The notes: generated by a model from the letters alone, not told the origin. A stretch of 64,000 nt of DNA from Candidatus Latescibacterota bacterium (GCA_965206595.1 OZ242214.1:2112001-2176000); one strand, 5' to 3'. Shown: positions 38,837 to 49,238, counted from the stretch's first letter. Translations and numbers: made by a program.

Positions 38837-39010
38837 GACTGGACGGCGCTCATCCACCTCAACCCGGAGGCCGGGCGCACGGGAACCCGGTACGAGCTCT
38901 ACGACCGGCGCCGCGACCCGCTTGAGCAGAACCACAGGGCGGAAAAGCTGCCGGAGGCGTCAGATCGCCTGGAGCTCGCCCTTCTGCGGGAGCTTCTCCG
39001 GTTGTGCTGA
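38837..39010 (+). pseudogene. Sulfatase C-terminal remnant
   Basis: YELYDRRRDPLEQN resembles the ELYDxxxDPxExxN motif. Confidence 0.4.
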
Positions 39011-39156
39011 TCCCTTGCTCGCCCCGCGTCGGCTGAGCGTGGGGGAACGGGGTTGTCATTCTTTCACTAAAATCAAACAAATTAATTTTTTGCATTGAAA
39101 TTTTCATATTATAGAATATAATTACGCTTAATATTTGAATTTTATGGAGCTTTGAC

Positions 39157-39549
39157 ATCAAAGACTGGAAAGAGCTGACCGACCTGACCAAGGGGGCGCC
39201 AATCCTGGTGGAGAGGGTCCTGCTGCCGGACAGCGGCATCGCGATCGAAGGAGAATTCGAGCCCCCCGCGCTTGCCCGTCTTTCCGAAGAGGATCAGGTA
39301 TTCGTGATCGCCTTCGTCCAGGTCCACGGCTCGATCAAGGAGATGGAGCGGATATTCGGCATCAGCTACCCGACGGTGAAAAACCGGCTCAACCGCCTTG
39401 CGGAGCAGCTGCAGCTCGTCGAGACCGTTCACCGGGCCGGGAGATCTGCCGGGAAACCACGCCCGAATCCGGAATCGGTGGCGGTGCTCGACAACCTGGA
39501 AAGCGGCGAGATCGACGTCGAAGAGGCGGTGAGGAGGCTCTCCGAATGA
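39157..39549 (+). CDS. DUF2089-family HTH regulator (apparent ATC start)
   Basis: KDWKELTDLT..ILVERV, GSIKEMERIFGISYPTVKNRL, LESGEIDVEEA. Confidence 0.82.
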   Translation: MKDWKELTDLTKGAPILVERVLLPDSGIAIEGEFEPPALARLSEEDQVFVIAFVQVHGSIKEMERIFGISYPTVKNRLNRLAEQLQLVETVHRAGRSAGKPRPNPESVAVLDNLESGEIDVEEAVRRLSE

Positions 39550-39824
39550 TCCTGCCGCCTGCCTTCCTCAGGCTGCACCTGCGCACTGAAGAGCGCCGTG
39601 TGCGGCTCTGGCTGCCGCTGGTGCTGCTGTGGCCGGTGGTTGCCGCGATACTGCTGCTGGCGGCACCTCCCGCGGTTCTCGCGGCGGCGCTGTCATGGCA
39701 TCGCGGTTGGGGCCGCCCCATCCTGCGGGTCATCCCCTTGCTTGTGTACCTGTTTGCCTCGCTGCGCGGCCTGCGCCTCGATCTGGCCACCGGCGATTGC
39801 CGCCTGTTCCTCTCTATCGATTAG
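39546..39824 (+). CDS. Small membrane protein
   Basis: ATGA overlap; RLWLPLVLLWP hydrophobic segment. Confidence 0.7.
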   Translation: MILPPAFLRLHLRTEERRVRLWLPLVLLWPVVAAILLLAAPPAVLAAALSWHRGWGRPILRVIPLLVYLFASLRGLRLDLATGDCRLFLSID

Positions 39825-39833
39825 GAGAGCGCA

Positions 39834-40790
39834 ATGACGGAAGAACAGCGAAGAATCCTCGAGATGCTGGCGGAAGGGAGGATTACCGTAGACGAGGCGG
39901 AGCGTCTGCTGAAGGCACTGCAGGACTCCGGGCGCCGCGACAGCGGCGGGCAGGACCACCTCGGGGGCGAAGAAAGCGGTACCCATGGCGACAGGGACGG
40001 AGAGGCGTCCATGCACGACGACACCTTCGAAGTGAACGCCAACCCGAGCCTGGAAGTGCGCGGTTTCAACGGCCGCGTCCGGGTCACTGCCGGAAGCCCC
40101 GGATCGATTCGCGTGCGGGCGAAGCTGAAGAACCCTCACCTGGTCGAGTACAGCGCTGTTCAGGAAGGCGACCTCGTCACTGTCGAGGCCAGGCCGGCAC
40201 GCCGGTCCGGGGGGCTCCTGTCCGGCCTCTTCGGGGAAAACACCGGAGCGAACATCGAGGTGGTGGCGCCGGTCGCCTCCCGCGTCGAACTGGAGACCAG
40301 CAACGGGCCCGTAGAGCTGATGGGAACCGAGGGGGGCGGAAGGTTGCAGACGGCAAACGGACGCATCAAGGTCGAGAGCTCAAAGGGGGATCTCGACGCG
40401 AAGAGCAGCAACGGCGCGATAACGATCAGGACTTTCCAGGGGGCCGCGGAGCTGGCCACCTCGAACAGCCGCGTGGCCATCGAGGACGGACACGGCCGCT
40501 TCGATGCGCGGACGACCAACGGCTCGATAAAGTTTCAGGGGAGCATCGAACCGGGAAGCCCCAGCCGGCTTGCCACCTCCAACGGCAGCGTCAAGGTGAC
40601 CCTGGATTCAGAACCGAGCCTGAGGCTGGATGCGTCGACGGTAAACGGCCGGGTCCGCTGCGGGCTGCCCGGCTTCGCCGCCTCGGTCGATACCGGCCGC
40701 AAGCTCGAGGGGACCGCGGGAAAGGCGGAGGCCGAGCTGACCCTCGAGACCAGCAACGGCTCCATTGCGATCCAGCCCTACAAGGATTGA
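39834..40790 (+). CDS. SHOCT-like + DUF4097 beta-repeat protein (YvlB/LiaX-like)
   Basis: EEQRRILEMLAEGRITVDEAERLL; repeated TSNG motifs. Confidence 0.85.
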   Translation: MTEEQRRILEMLAEGRITVDEAERLLKALQDSGRRDSGGQDHLGGEESGTHGDRDGEASMHDDTFEVNANPSLEVRGFNGRVRVTAGSPGSIRVRAKLKNPHLVEYSAVQEGDLVTVEARPARRSGGLLSGLFGENTGANIEVVAPVASRVELETSNGPVELMGTEGGGRLQTANGRIKVESSKGDLDAKSSNGAITIRTFQGAAELATSNSRVAIEDGHGRFDARTTNGSIKFQGSIEPGSPSRLATSNGSVKVTLDSEPSLRLDASTVNGRVRCGLPGFAASVDTGRKLEGTAGKAEAELTLETSNGSIAIQPYKD

Positions 40791-40819
40791 AAGGAGTACT
40801 AAGGATTGAAAGGAGTACT
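40782..40819 (+). repeat. 19-bp tandem duplication covering stop codon and RBS
   Basis: AAGGATTGAAAGGAGTACT twice. Confidence 0.9.
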
Positions 40820-40820
40820 C

Positions 40821-41240
40821 ATGAACGAGAACAGCAGACGCGTGCTCGAGATGCTGGCGGAGGGCAAGGTGACCGTCGACGAAGCGGAGCGCCTGATCTC
40901 CCTGGTCGACGAAGAACCCGTGGCCGCAGCATCGACGCAGCAGATAGCGCACCTGGCCCCGGGAGCGGCGAGATTTCTGAGAGTCACCATCGACTCGGAG
41001 GGAGGGGAGCACGTCGACGTCCGGGTGCCCCTGGCCCTGATCAAGGCCGGAGTCAAGCTGCACACCCTGCTGCCCGAGCAAGCGGCGAAAGGAATCACGA
41101 AGACGATGAAGAAAAAGGGCATCGACGTCGACCTTCACGACCTGCGAACCGATGGCCTCGAGCAGTTGATAGATGCACTGAGCGAAATCGAGGTCAACGT
41201 CCAGGACGGGGAGGACAAGGTCCGGGTCTATTGCGAGTGA
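40821..41240 (+). CDS. SHOCT-like domain protein
   Basis: RRVLEMLAEGKVTVDEAERLI, VDVRVPLAL, DKVRVYCE. Confidence 0.8.
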   Translation: MNENSRRVLEMLAEGKVTVDEAERLISLVDEEPVAAASTQQIAHLAPGAARFLRVTIDSEGGEHVDVRVPLALIKAGVKLHTLLPEQAAKGITKTMKKKGIDVDLHDLRTDGLEQLIDALSEIEVNVQDGEDKVRVYCE

Positions 41241-41527
41241 TCCCTGCATGGAGGTACGGCGGTCTCCGTCGCCCATGCTTGGGGGCCGTTTGCGAAAAAC
41301 TGTAAACCATGTTCCCGGGCTCTTGCGACGGGTATGTATCCGACCGCCCAACGGCTTGCTGGCGACAATCGAAGCCGCCGGAGAGGGCTGAACTCGATAA
41401 CCCGCCGGATACCGGAGCCAAGCGTAGTTCGACGCGGCTCGGAGGAGGCGTTGACGACAACAGTCTGTTGTAAATGACGTGGAGGCTATGCGAGGCGCTG
41501 GAACTGCGGGGGGTTACCTTGCCTTCC

Positions 41528-41917
41528 CTAAACCGCTGCCGCGATGTCGGTCAGGGAAAAATCGTCGCCTTTGAACAAGAGCGGTAACCCCCTGACCGAA
41601 GCCGGAGCGTAGGCGAAAGTGTCACCGAAGTTCAGCTGAGCACTACCGAACCTCCTGCCGAAACGCCGGTAAGCGTCCGTGGCAATGCGGTACTGTTCCT
41701 CGTCGAATGGAATCAATCTGACAAAGGGGTATTCAAGAAACTGGGCCGCTGCATGGTAGATGTCATCCCCTTTACCCATTCCGACTATCATGAATTCGAC
41801 GGCAGTGGCGGTGGAAACGAGCACTTCTCCGTCGCTGCGCATGGCGTTGTGAAATGCCGGCCCTTCCGTTTCGTCCATTATTACCGCCATCAGCGCCGAC
41901 GTATCCGCTACCATCAT
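41528..41917 (-). CDS. vapC: VapC PIN toxin
   Basis: VADTSALMA, LNFGDTFAYA, LLFKGDDFSLTD. Confidence 0.92.
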   Translation of the reverse strand: MMVADTSALMAVIMDETEGPAFHNAMRSDGEVLVSTATAVEFMIVGMGKGDDIYHAAAQFLEYPFVRLIPFDEEQYRIATDAYRRFGRRFGSAQLNFGDTFAYAPASVRGLPLLFKGDDFSLTDIAAAV

Positions 41918-42213
41918 TTCGGGAGACCTTCCTCGTCGTACAGTTCATCCTGCCATGCTTTGGAAGGCGGATTGTTTTCGTCGTATTCATCGGGATGCTC
42001 CTCACGCCACCGGCGGCCCGCCGCGCTTAAAACCTTGTATTCAGCCGCTAACTCTTCGGGGGTCATCTGATGGCATGGCCGAAAAGTTTTAACGTCCAGG
42101 CTGTCCAGCGCCATCTCGATAACCCGATCCTGTTCGTTCGGTCCGGCAAAGCCCAGCCGCTTGGCCAAGTCGGCGATGCGAGCTTCCGTCTCCGGTTTGA
42201 GTGTGGTAGCCAT
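41914..42213 (-). CDS. vapB: VapB antitoxin
   Basis: ATGA overlap with vapC; C-terminal ELYDEEGLPK. Confidence 0.8.
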   Translation of the reverse strand: MATTLKPETEARIADLAKRLGFAGPNEQDRVIEMALDSLDVKTFRPCHQMTPEELAAEYKVLSAAGRRWREEHPDEYDENNPPSKAWQDELYDEEGLPK

Positions 42214-42242
42214 AACACCCTCCAAAGGTGACATCCTTGCGG

Positions 42243-43196
42243 TTATTGCTCTACCTGCAAAAATACATCGGCGGTATTCTTGCCGTATTGCTGCAACAGC
42301 TTTTTTGTGTTATTCCTGATTTGTCCGGCGTTGAGATTCACATTCACGAATAGTGGCGTTCCACTGATGCTTATGTGGCTTCCGAATTGTTTGCCGGTCG
42401 GATGTACCGGCTTGGTATTGACCATATAAGTCTGCTTGCCCGATCGTATCGGAACATCATCGATCGTGAGCAGTCTCTCCGAGAAAAGCTTCTCTATAGT
42501 TTGTGCAAGTATTTCCTTCCAATATCCCAGCCTCCTTTCGCTCCCGTCCCAGAATCTGATTGCCGCCGGACATGGCGTGCCTGCTGGTGGACTGTACTCA
42601 GATAGCCCAACCCATCCCGGAGATTCCTGTCGTGGCGCCGGGGCTGGTTCCACCTCGGGCGGAATTGGCGCCGGCATTGGAGGATCGAAAGCAATCGGCC
42701 CGCTGGCCGGGACAGGCTGGCCGGACTCCAGGTTGGGCCGCCAGAGCAGCAGCAGCTTCAGCGCACTTTCGTGCGCGGGAGCGTCGGCGATGGATACATC
42801 GAGAATCCGCCTTTCCTCCAGCTTGCCCCGCTCGAATACTTTGTACAGTTCCCAATGGTTGCCGTCGGTAAGCCCGGCGTATTCAACGCCCGACGCATTG
42901 GAGTAATTGAGCATCTGCATCCGGTGGGAATCCAGCGGCTCGCCCATCTTCTTGGCCTCCACTGTGGCTGCCGGCTGGCCGTCGGATCGCAGCAACGCAT
43001 AGTCAGCCCAACCGTCACTCACCTTGTACTCCGGTATCACCACTTTCGGGTCGGACACATCCCATCCCAGCGCCTGCAGCAGCGGGTCAATCAGCGCCAT
43101 TCGGGTTCGCGTTTCATTTTCCCGTAGCACGGCGTCATGCGACCGTATTCGTTCTCGCAGCGATTCAATACCGCCTACCAAGTCTTCAAGCAGCAT
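42243..43196 (-). CDS. HsdR-N-type restriction endonuclease domain + linker + putative SeqA-C-like domain
   Basis: NETRTRMALIDPLLQALGWD, PEY, ADYAL, VEAKK, LTDG..W; Pro-rich linker; ISGTPLFVNVNLN. Confidence 0.75.
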   Translation of the reverse strand: MLLEDLVGGIESLRERIRSHDAVLRENETRTRMALIDPLLQALGWDVSDPKVVIPEYKVSDGWADYALLRSDGQPAATVEAKKMGEPLDSHRMQMLNYSNASGVEYAGLTDGNHWELYKVFERGKLEERRILDVSIADAPAHESALKLLLLWRPNLESGQPVPASGPIAFDPPMPAPIPPEVEPAPAPRQESPGWVGLSEYSPPAGTPCPAAIRFWDGSERRLGYWKEILAQTIEKLFSERLLTIDDVPIRSGKQTYMVNTKPVHPTGKQFGSHISISGTPLFVNVNLNAGQIRNNTKKLLQQYGKNTADVFLQVEQ

Positions 43197-43465
43197 TGCC
43201 TGTCTCCTGTGAAAAACATTCAGTCAAGGTCCATATCCGGAGAGGGAAAATAAGCGTATCTGATCTTCCATCCCATCCCAAGCAGCGTAGTCGGCCCCAC
43301 GAGAGGAGGGCTGCTGGGCATGCGGCCATCGGCCACAATCGAACCTTGCGGGCGCCCTTCGTATTGTGGTTCATAACCACCTTGGAAATCGCCAATGAGG
43401 GGTCAGCCCTGTCCGGAACCGCTCCGGGCATGGGATGTCCGTGAAACCTCCGCAGAGCCGTTACC

Positions 43466-44245
43466 GTGGAAATAGGATACCTGGTCAGCAGTTTCGAGCA
43501 GCTGGATTCAGCCCTGGAGTGGGGCTACGACTACGCCGAGTGGAACCCCCCGGGGATCGGCTTCGAGGCGGAGGATGCCGGCGAGACCGCCCGCCGCCTC
43601 GGCGCTTCCCGCCTGCCCGTGGAAACCATCTGCGGCTTCATCGCCGATCCGGAAGACTGCGGTCTCATGGTGGTCGGACCGGACCGCGACCTGCAGCGCC
43701 TGCAGGAGTACGTCACCGGGCTGTTCGACCGCATGCAGGCGGTCGGGGTGGAGGTGATCGGGTACGGCAGCGGGGGGTCGCGCTGGGTCCCTGACGGCTT
43801 CGACCGCGGCCGTGCGCGCGGGCAGGTGCGCGAGTTTCTCGAGCTCTGCGGCGAAATCGGGACGAGCCGCGGCGTCGTCACCGCCCTGGAGCCGTACAAC
43901 CGCGACGACGCCAACCTCCTCAACACGGTCCCGGAGGCCTGCGACCTGGTCCGTGAGATCGGCCACCCCAACGTCCGCCTGATGGCCGACTTCTTCCACA
44001 TGAAGCTCAACGGAGAGTCATTCGAGGAGCTCGACGAGGCCGGCCCTTTTCTCGCCCACGCCCACATCGCCGAGCCCGGCCGCGGGCGCCCGCAGACCTA
44101 CCCGTCCGATCACTCGGAGTACCTGCATGCCCTGCGCCTCGCCGGATACGACGGCAGGTTGACGGTGACGGGAGAGCTTCCGGCCTACGAGTCGCCGGCC
44201 GAAGCCGCCATGGCCTTGAAAACCGCGGCCTCGGCTCCCCTGTAG
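43466..44245 (+). CDS. Sugar phosphate isomerase/epimerase (AP-endonuclease-2 TIM barrel)
   Basis: GSGGSR, ALEPYN, DFFHM, HAHIAE. Confidence 0.85.
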   Translation: MEIGYLVSSFEQLDSALEWGYDYAEWNPPGIGFEAEDAGETARRLGASRLPVETICGFIADPEDCGLMVVGPDRDLQRLQEYVTGLFDRMQAVGVEVIGYGSGGSRWVPDGFDRGRARGQVREFLELCGEIGTSRGVVTALEPYNRDDANLLNTVPEACDLVREIGHPNVRLMADFFHMKLNGESFEELDEAGPFLAHAHIAEPGRGRPQTYPSDHSEYLHALRLAGYDGRLTVTGELPAYESPAEAAMALKTAASAPL

Positions 44246-44252
44246 GGAACCG

Positions 44253-44939
44253 GTGAACGCGCCGACCTTCAACTACAGCCGCGTCGTCGACCTGTCGCGG
44301 CCCCTCGACACGGGACCGGATCAGCACCCATGGTTCCGCTACGAAACCAGGATCGAGAGCATCGTCTCCGACTTGGAGTCCGCGCCCCCTGAGGGTCGCT
44401 GGTACGTGGTGACCACCCTGAACATGAGCGGACACGCCGGCACCCACGTCGAGGCCCCCCTGCACGCGGTCGAGAACGGGGCCTCGGTCGGCGAGGTGCC
44501 GGTGGAGCGCTTCTTCGGGGAGGCGGTGGTGCTCGATCTGACCGCGGTTCCCTGGAGGAGGCCGCTGGAGCCGGAGGCGGTGCGGGAAGCCGCGGCCAAA
44601 GCGGGTGGCATCCGCCGCGGCGACATCCTCTTCCTGCACTTCGACTGGGACCGGCGGCAGGCGACGGAACAGGGCCACCCGTTTCCCTCGAACGAAACCC
44701 TTGAGTGGCTGGTGGCCCCGGACGTCAAGCTGGTGGGCATCGATTCCCCCGGTCTCGAGGTGGCCGGGCGCCGCGACCTGCCGAACCACCGCACCCTGTT
44801 CGACAGGGGGATCCCGCTGATCGAGAGCCTCGCCAACCTCGGCGAGCTGCGCTCGAGCCGGGTCTACGTGATGGCGCTCCAGCTGCCGGCCCTGAAGACG
44901 GACGCGATTCCCCTGCGGGTGCTCGCCTTCGAGGCTTGA
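44253..44939 (+). CDS. Cyclase family (kynurenine formamidase-like) protein
   Basis: VDLSRPL, HAGTHVEAPLH, VGIDSP, HRTLF..IESL. Confidence 0.87.
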   Translation: MNAPTFNYSRVVDLSRPLDTGPDQHPWFRYETRIESIVSDLESAPPEGRWYVVTTLNMSGHAGTHVEAPLHAVENGASVGEVPVERFFGEAVVLDLTAVPWRRPLEPEAVREAAAKAGGIRRGDILFLHFDWDRRQATEQGHPFPSNETLEWLVAPDVKLVGIDSPGLEVAGRRDLPNHRTLFDRGIPLIESLANLGELRSSRVYVMALQLPALKTDAIPLRVLAFEA

Positions 44940-45097
44940 GGTTTCCGCCGCTTCCCCGAGGCCGCGGCGGCGCCACTCCTTCCCTTCTCAGTGAGGGGAG
45001 GATGTTCCCGGCCCGTTCAGCAGCACCGCCTCGATTAGGCGCAGTCCCTGCGTCTTCTCCTTGCAGCCGACGACACCCTGGCCATAACCCGGCCCCG

Positions 45098-47587
45098 CTA
45101 CTGGCGGCGGCGGAGCAGCTCCTCCTGGGCCTCCCGGAACAGGGCGATCAGCCGTTCCCTGACCGCCTCCTCCCGGAAGACGCCGATGCGCTGCGCCCAG
45201 GTGATCCCGCCTTCCATGTGCGTCATCAGGTACTGGCCGTCCGCCGGCTCGAAGGCGCCCCGGCCGCCGACGCTGACGTAGACGGGCGACGAGTGCGCCA
45301 TCACCGGGCCGGCGTCGGTCAGGTGCGGGCCCCAGCAGCGGGCCGCCACCCAGCAGGGCTTCTCCGTCGTCAGCTTGTGGCGCAGGGTGATCTTCGTCGT
45401 CGACCCGTGCGCGGTCTCGCGCACGTCGGGAACGCCGTTGACGATCAGCTCGACCGCGGTCAGGGGCCAGACCGACTCCGCGGTGGCCTCGACCTCGACG
45501 GTGCCGCCGTTGCCCGGCAGGTGGATCTCCTGACCCATGCCCCGCCCCTCGACCTCGAGGTCGATCATCGCCCCGGTGCTGGCGAAGGTGGTGCCGCGGC
45601 GCACCGCCCGGCACCAGTTGTCGAAGGTGAACTCCTCCCCGTCGGCGAGCCGCGCGTAGGTGCGCGAACCGCCGAGAACGCGGTCGTTCGACATCTTGTC
45701 GGTGCCGCCGACAATGGGAAGCTTCTGGCCGACGTTGAGCCAGCGGTAGTAGCCGCGCTCCCCCTGGCCGATCCGCTCCCCCTGCCATATCCAGCACATC
45801 TCCGCGGCGTCGGCATGGCCCATGACGATGTTGGCGGCGTTCTCGAAGTCCGGCACCGGCATGTGGGGCATGATCACCAGTCCCCCCTGGTTCCGGCAGG
45901 CCTCGGCCCAGTCCGCCATCAGGACTTCGATGGCGCCCCCGATCCAGTCTTCCTGGGGGCCGCCGCTGCAGAGCGGGGCGACCATCTCCTTGAGTCCCAG
46001 CAGGCTGATGTGGCCGAGCACGTGCTGCCTGTTCTCCTGGCTTACGTAGATCAGGTTCTCGTCGCTGCTGGTAGGCGCCAGTCCCCCGGTGAACTCCTCC
46101 CAGCTGGTGAACAGCCGCCCCCACTGGCTGGCGAGCAGGTGGGTGACGTTGAGGTCTTCGGCCGCGGCCTCGAGGTGGGCGGACTGCGACGACAGGAAGT
46201 GCACGTGGGTGTCGCCCGAGTAGTAGCCGCGCTCCTTCATGTCGAAGGCCCGCTTCAGGGTAAGGGTCAGGTGGCGCTGCCCCGGCTTGATCTCCAGCTT
46301 GCGGCGCAGGGGCCGGTACTCGAACCCCCGCACCGCCTCGACGTAGACCTCCCCGACCGGCAGGTCGATCTGGCAGGTGCCGTCGATGTAGGCGTACGGG
46401 GTGCCGCGCACCTTGCAGTCGCCGCCGAGGTCCTCGAACCAGGCGGTGTTGATGTCAGCCTGGTGGCCGTGGGGAGCGAAGTACGCCCCCTGGGGCGAGC
46501 GGAAGTGCACTCGCGTGCCGACCGGTTTCCCGCTCTCCTCGTCGACGACCCGCACGTGCACCCACTGCTTTCCGCGCGCGCCCACCATCTCCACGCGCAC
46601 CTTCCCCCGCTGCACGGCGCCGGAGTCGAGCACGTCCCCCCAACGGATCTCCTCCCCGTCCTCAGCCGGCCCGACGCGGAACCGGCCTTCGGCGGAGCCG
46701 TGGATCTCGGCGTAGCCCCCGGGGCGGATCTCCTGCTCCCCGAGTCCCCATCCGCGTTCCTCCGAGTCGAGATAGCGTTCCCCGGGGACGAACAGCGTGT
46801 CCTGGCGGGCGATCACGCCGCGCTCCATCGACAGCTCGGGAGCCTCCGACCCGCTGCCGGCGGAGATGGCGATCTCCGTCCGCGGCCGCCAGGCCAGGGG
46901 GTCGCTGGCCTCGTCGCACAGAGTGACGGCGCCTAGCGCCACCGCGGCAGCTCCCGCGGCGCTCAGCTCGATCGCCTCGATCCTCCTGTCCGGGTGGGGA
47001 TTCTCCCAGTCGAACAGCCACCAGCCCTCGAGGTCGCTGCCGTTCTCGGTGACCGTGCCGACCTGGTTGCGGCCCCAGGGACCGGTCTGGTCGTGGAGGG
47101 AAACCGACAGGAACTCACGGCAGTTGCGGCAGGCGAACGGGTGGTGCCCCCAGGGCACGTTGACGTCGTGGATCTCGAAGCGGCGGCGCAGCTCCTGCTC
47201 GATTGCGGAACCGTCCTCGAACAGGATACGGTAGGTCCCCACCTGCTCTCCGGCCCCCTCAATGGTCGCCCACTCCCCGTTGCAGGGGGAACAGACGTGC
47301 GCGAACAGGAGCCGCCTGGCTTTGGCGCCCACGGCCAGGGCAACTGAGTCCGCGACCTCCCTGCCGCCTCCCCCGGCCACCATGGCGAAGCGCCTGCCAC
47401 TGCCGGCTGGCGCCAGGTTAAAGGGGACTCCCCAGAAGCGGTGCTCCCCTGCCGGCATGTTGGCGAGCCCGGTTCTGTCCGGGTCCCCGGGAGGACAGGG
47501 CCACAGCCAGTGGCCGTCGACCTCGACGTTGCCGGGGTTGGCGTTGAGGGCGCTTTCGATATTCAGTGGAATGAAAGGATCGGACAT
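45098..47587 (-). CDS. CehA/McbA-family PHP-like metallohydrolase
   Basis: RGFEY, YSGDTHVHF, LGHISLLG, YYRWLNVG..GGTDKM, AHSSPVY. Confidence 0.8.
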   Translation of the reverse strand: MSDPFIPLNIESALNANPGNVEVDGHWLWPCPPGDPDRTGLANMPAGEHRFWGVPFNLAPAGSGRRFAMVAGGGGREVADSVALAVGAKARRLLFAHVCSPCNGEWATIEGAGEQVGTYRILFEDGSAIEQELRRRFEIHDVNVPWGHHPFACRNCREFLSVSLHDQTGPWGRNQVGTVTENGSDLEGWWLFDWENPHPDRRIEAIELSAAGAAAVALGAVTLCDEASDPLAWRPRTEIAISAGSGSEAPELSMERGVIARQDTLFVPGERYLDSEERGWGLGEQEIRPGGYAEIHGSAEGRFRVGPAEDGEEIRWGDVLDSGAVQRGKVRVEMVGARGKQWVHVRVVDEESGKPVGTRVHFRSPQGAYFAPHGHQADINTAWFEDLGGDCKVRGTPYAYIDGTCQIDLPVGEVYVEAVRGFEYRPLRRKLEIKPGQRHLTLTLKRAFDMKERGYYSGDTHVHFLSSQSAHLEAAAEDLNVTHLLASQWGRLFTSWEEFTGGLAPTSSDENLIYVSQENRQHVLGHISLLGLKEMVAPLCSGGPQEDWIGGAIEVLMADWAEACRNQGGLVIMPHMPVPDFENAANIVMGHADAAEMCWIWQGERIGQGERGYYRWLNVGQKLPIVGGTDKMSNDRVLGGSRTYARLADGEEFTFDNWCRAVRRGTTFASTGAMIDLEVEGRGMGQEIHLPGNGGTVEVEATAESVWPLTAVELIVNGVPDVRETAHGSTTKITLRHKLTTEKPCWVAARCWGPHLTDAGPVMAHSSPVYVSVGGRGAFEPADGQYLMTHMEGGITWAQRIGVFREEAVRERLIALFREAQEELLRRRQ

Positions 47588-48068
47588 GGCGGTTCTCCGG
47601 GAACAGGAAGCCAGGCGAAGGGCTCCTCAGGGGTGAAACCAAATGCCTTGGCGCAGGGGCTGGCGGCATTGCTGTTCGCCCGCCGTACACCCTCGCAGGG
47701 CTCGCTCAGCCGCCTCGCGAGCCGGGGGGACCGCGTTCTCCTGCCCTACGCTTTCCTGCGCGGAGCAAACCCTGGCGAGCCTGGTTGGGCCGGACGCGAG
47801 CAGAGGCGAATCAGGGGGATTCCGTGGGCGGGCGCAACGTCGAATCCGCCGGGGCCGGGCACGGCCGTTACCTCCGGACGTGCGGGATCAGCAGGTGGCG
47901 GCCTCGAGCTTTCCCTTGGTGATTGGGCGGGCTTCGTTCACCGCAGAGGGCGCCGTACCCGGCAGGTCCGGGCGCGGTCCGGGGCTCGAGATCCGTTCCC
48001 TTGATATGGGCTCGAGCCGGGGGGCGCTGTCGCTGTGGATTTCCAGGCAGGGCGGAAATAGTCCTGCC

Positions 48069-49172
48069 TCACGCACGCTCCTTCAGGTACTTCGCCCCTT
48101 TCCGGGCGATCTCGAAGGCGGTCTTGCCTCTCTTGTTGAGGACCGTGGGGTCGGCTCCCGCTTCGAGCAGGGCCTCGGCGGCTGCGGCGCAACCCTGGTA
48201 GGTGGCGCGGTGGAGGGGAGTACGTCCCTTCCTGTCCTGGGTTTTCAGGTCGGTCCCGTGCCGGGCGAGCAGGCGGATCATCTCCGGCTGGTCCCCCTCT
48301 GCGGCCAACTGCAGCGGCGTGCGTTGCGCCTTGTTCAGGGCGTTCACCTCGGCCCCCCGGGCAAGCAACATGTCCGCACACTCCTTTGAGCCTGCCCGCG
48401 CCGCCCAATGAAGCGGCGTCATGCCGTAGTCCTCGGCGGCATTGACGGCCTCGGCGCCTTCTTGGATGAGCTCTTTCAGGCGTAACGTGTCGTTGAGGGC
48501 GCAGGCCGAGAAGACATCGTAGTACGCGCCGTCTTCGATGAAGATGCGCGCAACCGCAAGCCTGCCCTCAAGTCGCGAAAAGTCCTTCCCCCAGTGGCTC
48601 GGCGCCACCGCTTCCTGAAGGGATGTCGTCCCCCGCTCACCGTTCCCCTTGATCGGCAGCTCGTGATGAACGCCGGCGCCGTACCGGATCAGGAGCCTGG
48701 CGCACTCGACATAACCGCCGCACGCCGCCCAGTACATGAGCGAGAGGTTGTCGGGCCAGCCGACGTGCGGCTTCAGTACTGAAACGCAGGTCGCGTCCGC
48801 GGCCCCCGACTCGAAAACCGCCCGGAGGGTATCCTCCATGCCTCCCCACGCCGCCTCGTGGAGCACGTTGTACGCCGATTCGTCGATCTCCAGGGGCACG
48901 CCGCGGGCAAGCAGGAACGTCACCGCCTGCCCGCACCCTCTCATGCCGGCCACGACCTGAAGCAGATGCTCACCGATGCGGTCGAGCACCTGCGGGTCTG
49001 CGGTCAGTATCTCCTCCATCCGCTCGACATCGGGAGTGCCGTCCCATCGCTTCGGGTCCGGCCCCATCGCCGCGGCGACAAGCTGCCGCTCCGCCGGGGT
49101 GAGCTCCGGTTTCCGCCGGTCGCGCAGGAACCAGTTCCTCTCGAACAGCTCTACCGCTTTGGTGGTGTCCAT
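48069..49172 (-). CDS. Ankyrin-repeat protein
   Basis: GMTPLHWAA, RTPLQLAA, GRTPLHRA. Confidence 0.9.
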   Translation of the reverse strand: MDTTKAVELFERNWFLRDRRKPELTPAERQLVAAAMGPDPKRWDGTPDVERMEEILTADPQVLDRIGEHLLQVVAGMRGCGQAVTFLLARGVPLEIDESAYNVLHEAAWGGMEDTLRAVFESGAADATCVSVLKPHVGWPDNLSLMYWAACGGYVECARLLIRYGAGVHHELPIKGNGERGTTSLQEAVAPSHWGKDFSRLEGRLAVARIFIEDGAYYDVFSACALNDTLRLKELIQEGAEAVNAAEDYGMTPLHWAARAGSKECADMLLARGAEVNALNKAQRTPLQLAAEGDQPEMIRLLARHGTDLKTQDRKGRTPLHRATYQGCAAAAEALLEAGADPTVLNKRGKTAFEIARKGAKYLKERA

Positions 49173-49238
49173 GTTCTCCTCGAGCCCCCCCGGAGCGAAC
49201 GCAGATGGTCCGGCGGAAGCTGCTGGGAAAAGCTCAGG

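Noticed and set aside
40782-40819. GGATTGAAA-containing tandem repeat resembling the CRISPR handle
   Set aside because: No stem or spacer; explained as slippage duplication of stop codon plus RBS
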